From: a virus
IMG/VR virus record: IMGVR_UViG_3300048915_000044
Coordinates: 264 to 64,263 of that record
Direction: 5' to 3' (one strand)
DNA length: 64,000 bases
This document shows positions 27,528 through 35,751 of this stretch, piece after piece; position 1 is the stretch's first letter; each line of letters starts with the position of its first letter. Both the position numbers and the translations under genes were made by a program. The notes beneath the pieces were generated by a model. The model saw only the letters and a program-made list of their open reading frames with translations. It was not told the DNA's origin and did not search any database.

Positions 27528-30032
27528 ATGAACATCCTCACGCCATTCCAGCGCAACGCGATCATGCGCGCTGCGGCGCTCATCGGGACGTCGACATTCC
27601 GTTCCATCGGAGCGCTGGGCACAAACATCGAGTGGGTCAACTCGACCAACGCGAACCGGATCCATACGAACGCCTTCTACAACGGCGCGCGGATGAATCA
27701 GCTTGGGCTTCCCGGCACCAACGCGCCGCGAGACGCCACCACGGGATGGCCGACGACGGCGTTCTACGTCTGCCTGAGCTCTTCGCTGACCAATGGCACT
27801 ACGCTGTTCGATGGCGCCGTCCCGCCCGGCACGTACACCTGGTCCTACACCTATCCGACAGGCAGCCCCGTCGTCCTGACGCTGCAGTCATCGGGTTCGA
27901 ACACGCCAAATTGCGTCGGCATCTCTGGGCTGACATTCGGCGCGACCACGTCCAGCGGCGGGTTCACGACCCAGCCGTTCACCTTCACGCTTGCTCCTCA
28001 AGGCACGTTGACGCTCAGCTTCGACGGGCCCATCAGTGGGCCGATTCCGTGCGATTGCCCGATCGACGGCCAGGCGACGACTGCTGGCCAGCCGATGTTC
28101 CGCGACGAGGCGCTGGCTTCGTACTCGCAGTACGCGACGCTGCGCACGCTGGACGTCCTCAATGGCGGCGGGCGCCAGGACATTCTCTGGAGCGACCGGC
28201 CGCCAAACTACACCGGGCCGCAGATCGCGCAGGACATTCCATCGTGGGAGCGCGTGATTGCGCTCATGCTGGCGATCAAGAACTATCCCGGCTCCAAGCT
28301 GAAGAAGTGGAAGGTCAACCTCCCCCCGTTCTCCGATCCGACGTCCTACGCCGCCCCGCTCGCCGCGCTGTTCACCGCGCAGGGCGTCCCGGCAGGCTTT
28401 GCGCAATTCGAGTACGGCAATGAGCCGTTTAACTTCTCGGGTACCAATTCGACGCGTTGGCATGGTTGGGAGAACGCGGCATTCAACACCGTCAACGGGA
28501 TCGCCAACTACGATCTGCTCGCAAACGCTGGCGCGCCATCGGCGCTGTACCGCAGCCCCGGGCAGACCCTGTCGTCCATGTCGATCACTACGGCTGGTCT
28601 GTGCACGGTCACCCTGAGTGTCGCCTGCTCGTCGCTCCTGGATCTGACTGGCAACCCCTACATCGTCAACGGCGCGTCCATCATCGTCTCGGCCGCCGCC
28701 CCGATCTTCAATGCCGCCGGCCTGGCCGCAGACATCTCCAGGACGATGACGGTCAGCAACGTCAGCGGCAACACATTCCAGTACAGCACAGGAGTGTCCG
28801 GCGCCGGCAGCACCGCTCCTGGCAGCACGCAGATCTTCTTCAAGCCCACCTCATCTCTGCTCGCTGACAACCTGAGCTTCAGCGCGAACAGTATGCAGAA
28901 GAAGTGGTGGATGAACCAGCTCTTCGCATTCCGCTCGGCGTGGCAGGCGGTCCGCCCGAAGGCGACGTATCATGACGAGTGGTATCTCAACATCCAGCCG
29001 ATCGGCGGGGCGATCCCTCCGGCTGCCAACAAGACCCGGGTCTTTGAGTTCCCGTACGCCACCTACCTGGGTGGTGGCACGGCCAGCTCATGGGTCGACG
29101 AGATCACCACCGCGACGTATTCGGCTCCCGCGGGAACCGTGGCTGCCGAGGCGGATCTCTACAACCCAGCCATGTCGACCAGCCTCTATGCGGGGCTCAA
29201 CGACCCGACGGTCGGTCAGACGGTCGACAACCAGTGCCGTGGCCTGGTGTACCAGTGCCTGGTCTACGGGATCAAGCCCTCAACGTATGAGGGTGGCGTC
29301 GCGCTGCAAACGACGAGCTCTGCTGCATTCGTGGTTGCGTCGTCGACCAACCCGCTGATGGAGACGTACCTCACGGCGCACCAGCGCGTGGTTCTGCGCA
29401 ACGGCGTTGCTGTGTTCATGAACTTCAACAGCAGTCCGCGCATCTACGGGAACGGCTCCTCGGGCAATTCGTCCTGGCAGTCGATGCAGTATTTCAGCGA
29501 CAGCGTCAACGCTGGCGACTCCAACTACTCGGCCAAGAAGGCAGCGCTCGAGAAATTCGATGATCCTGTCTTCTACACCAACATCAACGGCAACGACCTG
29601 ACGTCGCTAGAGGTCGGACAGTACCAGAACGCCACGGTACTGACTGGCAACGACATCTTCTCGACCGGCATCAACGCCACCAATAGCGCGCTGTACTGGG
29701 GAACGGGCGGCACCGCCCTGAACCGAAACGTCGACTGGGTCTACTGCAACAACACCTTCACGCCGCGCCAAGTCTTCGTGGATGGCACGGACTCGCAGGC
29801 CACCGCAGTCCAGGTTTGGGTCTACCCGCCTGACCTAAGCGGCCCAGTCCAGATTGGTACCGTCCACCTCCCCACCAACGGCATCACCAACGCCGGTACC
29901 GGGTCAACTGTGGGCCCGTGCCCAGACCCGATCATCTGGACGCCGACGCTGGCTGGCCCCTACGTCGTCCGCCTCATCATGGTGGCCGGCGCTGGCACCG
30001 GCCCCGGCATCAGGCGCGTTCGCTTCGTCTGA
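27528..30032 (+). CDS. Glycoside hydrolase-like (clan GH-A TIM-barrel motifs) 834-aa protein
   Basis: EYGNEPFN candidate acid/base and TYEGG candidate nucleophile; no signal peptide. Confidence 0.65.
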   Translation: MNILTPFQRNAIMRAAALIGTSTFRSIGALGTNIEWVNSTNANRIHTNAFYNGARMNQLGLPGTNAPRDATTGWPTTAFYVCLSSSLTNGTTLFDGAVPPGTYTWSYTYPTGSPVVLTLQSSGSNTPNCVGISGLTFGATTSSGGFTTQPFTFTLAPQGTLTLSFDGPISGPIPCDCPIDGQATTAGQPMFRDEALASYSQYATLRTLDVLNGGGRQDILWSDRPPNYTGPQIAQDIPSWERVIALMLAIKNYPGSKLKKWKVNLPPFSDPTSYAAPLAALFTAQGVPAGFAQFEYGNEPFNFSGTNSTRWHGWENAAFNTVNGIANYDLLANAGAPSALYRSPGQTLSSMSITTAGLCTVTLSVACSSLLDLTGNPYIVNGASIIVSAAAPIFNAAGLAADISRTMTVSNVSGNTFQYSTGVSGAGSTAPGSTQIFFKPTSSLLADNLSFSANSMQKKWWMNQLFAFRSAWQAVRPKATYHDEWYLNIQPIGGAIPPAANKTRVFEFPYATYLGGGTASSWVDEITTATYSAPAGTVAAEADLYNPAMSTSLYAGLNDPTVGQTVDNQCRGLVYQCLVYGIKPSTYEGGVALQTTSSAAFVVASSTNPLMETYLTAHQRVVLRNGVAVFMNFNSSPRIYGNGSSGNSSWQSMQYFSDSVNAGDSNYSAKKAALEKFDDPVFYTNINGNDLTSLEVGQYQNATVLTGNDIFSTGINATNSALYWGTGGTALNRNVDWVYCNNTFTPRQVFVDGTDSQATAVQVWVYPPDLSGPVQIGTVHLPTNGITNAGTGSTVGPCPDPIIWTPTLAGPYVVRLIMVAGAGTGPGIRRVRFV

Positions 30033-30792
30033 TCCCGGCCAGCGCCAGAAATCCCAGCGAGAACATCAACGCCGAGGCAGGCTCCGGCACCGCCTCCAAA
30101 ACGCTGGCGGTGTCGATCAGCAAGAACAGCCCAGAGGCCGTCGTCGCAGAGGAGTTCTCAAACGAGGTCTCCAAGTGGGCGCTGGACGATTCGAACGCCT
30201 CCGTGGCGATGTCCTGCCCGAGTGAGCTGCCCAACCTCGGCGCGCCTCGATAGAGCGTGAGATTGGCGACGTTCTCAGCGTACATGTGCGGCGTTCCCCG
30301 CGTGTCCGCCTGCTCGAGCGCATCGGCCGAGATCACCAGCCGCGTGTTCGGCGATAGCTGGAAGTCGTTCCCGAAGACACTGGCGCCGAACGTGACCTGC
30401 CCTGCCACCCCAGCAGCCCAAGGGAAAGTAGGCGGCAACAGGTCATTGCGCGCGCTTGCCGCCAGAGTCGCCCCGGTGGTGAACGGATCGCCCGAGAGGC
30501 TGGCGGACGCATCGGTGTAGCTCGCTGGCGCAGCCGACGTCGACACTGGCCCCCAGCCCGAAGCGCTCGTTGCCGAAGTCTTGACGACCGGCGAGCCGTA
30601 CACCGACAGATAAGTGGTCGCGACCGCCGGCTGAGTGAATGTCACCCAGGGCGTGATTCCATCACCCGGATCCAGGTCAACGAGCGTGATCCGGAAGTCG
30701 GACAGCGTCGTTGACGCAGTGGCAGCCGTCGCGCCCTGCATCGCGACCAGCAGACATGCAGCGGCTCCCGCCGCCAATAGGTTGCGTTTCAT
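30010..30792 (-). CDS. PEP-CTERM exosortase-target surface protein (moron)
   Basis: Signal peptide MKRNLLAAGAAACLLVAMQGATA; C-terminus AVPEPASALMFSLGFLALAGIRR. Confidence 0.92.
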   Translation of the reverse strand: MKRNLLAAGAAACLLVAMQGATAATASTTLSDFRITLVDLDPGDGITPWVTFTQPAVATTYLSVYGSPVVKTSATSASGWGPVSTSAAPASYTDASASLSGDPFTTGATLAASARNDLLPPTFPWAAGVAGQVTFGASVFGNDFQLSPNTRLVISADALEQADTRGTPHMYAENVANLTLYRGAPRLGSSLGQDIATEAFESSSAHLETSFENSSATTASGLFLLIDTASVLEAVPEPASALMFSLGFLALAGIRRSERA

Positions 30793-30909
30793 CTTCTTCC
30801 CCTTCGCGTTATTGAACAGCGCACCAGGAAGACGCCCCACGCGTCCTGCTACCCCAGCGCCGGGCCAGTCTAACCCCGCGCTGCGTCGCGTTACTGTTGA
30901 GTAGATCCT

Positions 30910-31557
30910 ATGCGGAAATCGCAACTCCCGTCCGCTGGGCATGCACCCCGCCGCCCCATGCCGCCCGCAGAACTCGGCCCCGCGGTGGGCTTCGCGCCCG
31001 CCCCGGAGGTCTGGGATTGGGCGCAGCGCAACATCCTCGCAGCCGATGGCCCGCTCCATAACCCTGACCACCAACACCTAGTGGACGCCGATGTCTGCGT
31101 CCTGTGGGCCGATGGCGGCTTCACCAGCAAGATGCGCACGGTGATCGGCACCGCCGAAGAGGTGGCGTTTCGCTGCAACGCCTGGCAACGTGGCCGGCAA
31201 GAGCAGCAGATGGACCAATGGTTCGGCCATGTGCCCGGATTCCTCATCACGCTGGATGGCCGGTACACCCGGGAATGCTCCGACACAGCATGGGCTGCGC
31301 TGGTCGAACACGAGCTCTACCACCTTGCGCATGAGTGCGATCCCTTCGGCGCGCCCAAGTTCAAGAAGGACGGCAAGCCGAAGATCGCCATCCAAGGCCA
31401 CGACGTCGAAGAGTTTGTCGGGGTTGTCAGGCGCTACGGCGTGGGCGACGCGGACAGCTCAGTCGCACGCTTGGTCAAGGCCGCCAACTCGGCGCCGGAA
31501 GTCTCCAGAGCTGCCCTTTCTGGCGCGTGCGGGACATGCCTTCTGAAGGTCGCCTGA
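30910..31557 (+). CDS. Putative phage metallopeptidase
   Basis: LVEHELYH and HDVEEF..VV.RYG; usual position upstream of terminase. Confidence 0.85.
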   Translation: MRKSQLPSAGHAPRRPMPPAELGPAVGFAPAPEVWDWAQRNILAADGPLHNPDHQHLVDADVCVLWADGGFTSKMRTVIGTAEEVAFRCNAWQRGRQEQQMDQWFGHVPGFLITLDGRYTRECSDTAWAALVEHELYHLAHECDPFGAPKFKKDGKPKIAIQGHDVEEFVGVVRRYGVGDADSSVARLVKAANSAPEVSRAALSGACGTCLLKVA

Positions 31558-31588
31558 GCCGGACTCAACCCGGACGGGATTTCACATT

Positions 31589-32059
31589 ATGGCAACCCTG
31601 ACCGAGCCGCAAAAGCTCTTCATCGTTCAAGCACTTGCGTGCTACGACACCCCCACGCAGGTCAGCATCGCCGTCCGGGAAGAATTCGGCATCGATGTCG
31701 ACCGCCGCCGGGTGCAGGAATACGACCCAACCCGAGTCGGTGGGCGAAGCCTCGGGAAGAAGCTCAAGGCTATCTTCGAAGAGACGCGCGCGGCCTTCCT
31801 GAAGGATGTCAGCACCATCCCGATTGCCAGCCAAGCCTACCGCCTGCGCACGCTCAATCGCTTGCTTGTTAAGGTCGAAGGCCAGGGCAACACCGCATTG
31901 GCCGCTCAACTTGTCGAGCAGGCCGCCAAGGAAACCGGCGGCACTTTCACCAACCGCCGCGAGGTCACCGGCGCAGACGGCGCTCCGGTCATGACGCCGA
32001 TGAGCCTGGCGGACTTCTATGCAGGAACCCGCTCCGAGCCTCAACCCGGCTCTTCGTGA
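31589..32059 (+). CDS. terS: Terminase small subunit (DUF2280-like)
   Basis: K.FIVQ.LAC.DTP..V...V.EEFG...YDPT...A.RLR.L...EQAAKE.GG.FTN. Confidence 0.9.
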   Translation: MATLTEPQKLFIVQALACYDTPTQVSIAVREEFGIDVDRRRVQEYDPTRVGGRSLGKKLKAIFEETRAAFLKDVSTIPIASQAYRLRTLNRLLVKVEGQGNTALAAQLVEQAAKETGGTFTNRREVTGADGAPVMTPMSLADFYAGTRSEPQPGSS

Positions 32060-33389
32060 TTTCTGGCTGACGCCGGCGCGCAACCGAGTTCTCTACGGCG
32101 GCCGGTCGTCTTCGAAGAGTTGGGACGCTGCAGGCTTTGCGATCTTTTTGGCGCAGCGCATGCGCCTTCGGTTCCTCTGCACCCGCCAGTTTCAGAACAA
32201 GATCGAGGAGTCGGTCTACACGCTGCTGAAGGTGCAGATCGAGCGATTTGGGCTGCAAAAGCAGTTCAAGATCCTCGACAACAAGATCATCTGCAGGTCG
32301 ACAGGCAGCGAGTTTGTCTTCTACGGCCTGTGGCGCCACGTCAGCGAAATCAAGTCGCTTGAGGGCATCGATATTCACTGGGCCGAAGAGGCTCACCTCC
32401 TGACCGAGGATCAGTGGAAGATCATCGACCCCACGCTCCGCAAGGAGGGGTCGCAGCACTGGATCATCTTCAATCCTCGGCTGGCGACGGACTTCACCTA
32501 TCAGCGCTTCGTGCGCAAGCCGCCGCCGGACACGATTTCGCGGCTGATCAACTACACCGAGAACCCGTTCCTCAGCTCGACGATCCTGAAGGTCATCGAG
32601 GGCGCCAAAGCTGAAGACGAGGACGAGTTCCGGCACATCTACCTCGGCGAACCGAAGCTCGACGACGCGAAGTCGGTCATTCAGCGCTCGTGGCTCATGG
32701 CTGCCATCGACGCTCACAAGACATTGGGCATTGAGATCCGCGGCGCTAAGCGCAAGGGATTTGACGTCGCGGACGCTGGCGAAGACTTCTGCGCCACCGT
32801 CGACGCTCACGGGCCACTTGCCACCTCCAGCGACATGTGGAAGGGTGGCGAGAACGAGTTGCTCAAGTCATGCGGGCGCGTGTACCGGGCTGCTCAGGCT
32901 GGCGGCGCGTCCATCGTCTATGACGCAATCGGGGTCGGGGCGGGCGCGGGCGCGAAGTTCAACGAGCTGAACGCGGCCACCTCTGGCCCGAAGGTCGAGC
33001 ATTCCAAGTTCTTTGCGGGTGGCGCGGTCTTCCGGCCGGACTCCAAGTACACGGGAACAGAGGTCTTGAACAAGGACTTCTTCGCCAACATCAAAGCGCA
33101 GGCCTGGTGGCTAGTCGCAGATCGCCTGCGAAACACCTACAACGCCGTGCGCAACGGCCAAAAGTTCCCCGATGACGAAATGATCTTCATCGACGGATCA
33201 ATGCCGAACCTGGACCAGCTCATGGACGAACTCAGCACCCCGCTGCGCGACTACGACCTCGCGCAGCGAGTCAAGGTCGAGAGCAAGAAGGATCTGGCGA
33301 AGCGTGGCATTGCGTCCCCGAACATCGGCGACGCCTTCATCATGGCATTCCTCCCCTCGGTCATGAAGAAATCGAGCTGGTGGGGTTGA
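32019..33389 (+). CDS. terL: Terminase large subunit (PBSX-like)
   Basis: GGRSSSKS Walker A, WAEEA Walker B, GFDVAD, SPNIGDAF nuclease motifs. Confidence 0.96.
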   Translation: MQEPAPSLNPALRDFWLTPARNRVLYGGRSSSKSWDAAGFAIFLAQRMRLRFLCTRQFQNKIEESVYTLLKVQIERFGLQKQFKILDNKIICRSTGSEFVFYGLWRHVSEIKSLEGIDIHWAEEAHLLTEDQWKIIDPTLRKEGSQHWIIFNPRLATDFTYQRFVRKPPPDTISRLINYTENPFLSSTILKVIEGAKAEDEDEFRHIYLGEPKLDDAKSVIQRSWLMAAIDAHKTLGIEIRGAKRKGFDVADAGEDFCATVDAHGPLATSSDMWKGGENELLKSCGRVYRAAQAGGASIVYDAIGVGAGAGAKFNELNAATSGPKVEHSKFFAGGAVFRPDSKYTGTEVLNKDFFANIKAQAWWLVADRLRNTYNAVRNGQKFPDDEMIFIDGSMPNLDQLMDELSTPLRDYDLAQRVKVESKKDLAKRGIASPNIGDAFIMAFLPSVMKKSSWWG

Positions 33390-34906
33390 TGGGGTTCTTC
33401 GACTGGGTACGTGGCCGGCGCGAGACGCAGGCCCAGGCAGCTAGCGACGAAGCATCAATCTGGAGTACGCACGCCGCAGCGAGGGATCGTGCGCAAGGTT
33501 CGATGGCGATGGGCGAAGTCATCCGCCAAGCCATTTCCAAGCTCCCGCGCGACGCTGCAGGCAATCACGCCATGGACGACGCTGGCATTGGCGGCATCGC
33601 CCTGAAGCTTCAGGCGCAGGCGATGAACATCCCAGAAGTGCTGGCGATGTGGTACGCCTCGCAGACGTTCATCGGCTACCAGCTCGCCGCGATCCTGGCC
33701 CAGCACTGGCTGATCGACAAGGCCTGCACGATGCCGGCGCGCGACGCCATCAGGCAGGGCTTCGACATCGTCAACGTGGACGGCGACGACATCAAGCCCG
33801 AGGCGCTTAAGAAGCTCCACAAGGTCAATCGGCGGATGCGGCTCAACGCCAACATGCTGGAGTTCGTCCGCAAAGGGCGCATCTTCGGCGTGCGCCTCAT
33901 GATGTTCAAGGTCGATAGTCCCGATCCGCTATACTACGAGCAGCCCTTCAACGCCGACGGCGTGACGAAGGGCTCCTACAAAGGCATGGTTCAGGTCGAC
34001 CCGTACTGGTGCTCGCCTCAAATGGACATCGCGGCGGCCTCGCGGCCGGACACCGAACACTTCTACGAGCCGACGTGGTGGCTGATCAACGGCCAGAAGT
34101 ACCACCGCTCGCACCTGATCATCTTCCGCAACGGAGACCTGCCAGACCTGCTCAAACCGCAGTACATGTACGGCGGCATCCCGCTCCCTCAGCGGATCAT
34201 GGAACGGGTCTACGGCGCTGAGCGCACGGCCAACGAAGCGCCGCAACTGGTGCAGACCAAGCGCACGACCGTCTGGATGACGGACATGGCGAAGTTCATC
34301 GCTGGCGGCGACGGATCCGCCGAACGGATGGCCGCGTGGGTCAACCTGCGCGACAACTATTCGGTCAAGATGGGCGACAAGAACGACGAGAAGTTCGAGC
34401 AGTTCGACACCGCGCTGGCTGATCTGGACAACGTCATCATGACGCAGTACCAGATCGTCGCCGCCCAGGCCGAAATGCCCTCGACAAAGCTCCTGGGCAC
34501 CGTGCCGAAGGGCTTCAACTCCACGGGTGAGTACGAAGAGGCGAGTTACCACGAGTCGCTGGAGAGCATCCAGGCCCACGACTTGACGCCGCTGGTCGAG
34601 CGCCACCTGTTGCTGGCTAGCCGCTCGGAAGTGCCTGAGCTCAAGGACATTGACCTTACCGTCGAATGGCGTCCGCTCGATACACCGACGGCTGACGAAC
34701 AAGCCGCGATGAACCTGACCAAGGCGCAGACCGGCGCGGCCCTGATCCAGTCGGGCGCCATCTCGCCAGAGAACGAGCAGGAACGCCTGAAGCGCGACCC
34801 TGCCAGCGGCTACGCGGCGCTCGAGCTGATGCCGCCGCCGGATCCTGAGCTTGAGGCCGACCTCAACGACGATGACACCGCCCAAGACTCGCGCCCCGGG
34901 GCCTGA
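33389..34906 (+). CDS. Portal protein (DUF1073-like)
   Basis: Follows terL; L.GL.D...F.Q-type and P.TKLLG..P.GFN.TGE motifs. Confidence 0.92.
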   Translation: MGFFDWVRGRRETQAQAASDEASIWSTHAAARDRAQGSMAMGEVIRQAISKLPRDAAGNHAMDDAGIGGIALKLQAQAMNIPEVLAMWYASQTFIGYQLAAILAQHWLIDKACTMPARDAIRQGFDIVNVDGDDIKPEALKKLHKVNRRMRLNANMLEFVRKGRIFGVRLMMFKVDSPDPLYYEQPFNADGVTKGSYKGMVQVDPYWCSPQMDIAAASRPDTEHFYEPTWWLINGQKYHRSHLIIFRNGDLPDLLKPQYMYGGIPLPQRIMERVYGAERTANEAPQLVQTKRTTVWMTDMAKFIAGGDGSAERMAAWVNLRDNYSVKMGDKNDEKFEQFDTALADLDNVIMTQYQIVAAQAEMPSTKLLGTVPKGFNSTGEYEEASYHESLESIQAHDLTPLVERHLLLASRSEVPELKDIDLTVEWRPLDTPTADEQAAMNLTKAQTGAALIQSGAISPENEQERLKRDPASGYAALELMPPPDPELEADLNDDDTAQDSRPGA

Positions 34907-35732
34907 AGCCCAGCGCGGCTCAGTCCTGAGCCCGAACGCCGCGATCGAACAGGAATACACCGCGGTCATCCTCACGCTGGTTCGCCGCATGTGCGACGAC
35001 ACCAAGAAGGCGATGCAGGCTGTGTTCGCTGGTGAGGCGGCTCCGGAACTCAGCGCCATGGACGAGGTCGGCGACCTGCCAGCCGGAACCAGCACGAAAG
35101 CCCGTGTCGCGCTCAACGCGATCATGGACAAATACGAGCCGCTGTTCAACCGCTGGGCCAAGAAAGCGACCAAGCGGATGATGGACCGCACGGTCAAGAA
35201 CTCCGGCATCACGCTGGGCATGAGCCTGCGCCAAATGAGCGCCGCGGTCACGCTGGACGCTTCGAAGATCACGCCAGCGCTGATGGACATCATCAATGCC
35301 TCGACAACCGAGGCGGTGAGCCTGATCAAGTTGATCCCGGCCAAGTACCTGACCAACGTGCAGGGCGCGGTGTCGCGATCGATCACCAGCGGAAACGGCC
35401 TGCAAGACTTGGTGCCGTTCTTGGAAAAGCAGTACCAGGGCAACGTCCGCCACGCGCGGAATGTCGCGCTCGATCAGACGCGCAAGGCCTACAACAACGT
35501 GAACGCCGAGCGCATGAACTCCATCGGCGTCACCACCTACGAGTGGATCCACGCGAACGGCTCACGCGAGCCCCGCGCGCTGCACATCGCCCTGAACGGC
35601 AAGGTGTGCAGCCTCCAGGATCCACCCTACATCGGTGAGATGTACGGCGAGCCGGTGTATGGCAAGCCGGGCGACCTTCCATCGTGTCGGTGTCGGATGC
35701 GGCCAATCCTCGACTTTTCCGCTCAGCCCTAG
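34872..35732 (+). CDS. Head morphogenesis protein (Mu F / SPP1 gp7)
   Basis: ARNVALDQTRKAY...WIH...R..H.ALNGK...PG..P.CRC. Confidence 0.92.
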   Translation: MTPPKTRAPGPEAQRGSVLSPNAAIEQEYTAVILTLVRRMCDDTKKAMQAVFAGEAAPELSAMDEVGDLPAGTSTKARVALNAIMDKYEPLFNRWAKKATKRMMDRTVKNSGITLGMSLRQMSAAVTLDASKITPALMDIINASTTEAVSLIKLIPAKYLTNVQGAVSRSITSGNGLQDLVPFLEKQYQGNVRHARNVALDQTRKAYNNVNAERMNSIGVTTYEWIHANGSREPRALHIALNGKVCSLQDPPYIGEMYGEPVYGKPGDLPSCRCRMRPILDFSAQP

Positions 35733-35751
35733 GCTCGCGTTTGGGGTTGGT

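Noticed and set aside
34872-35732. MuF toxin fusion
   Set aside because: The protein ends right after the CRC motif, so it is the short form with no C-terminal toxin domain.
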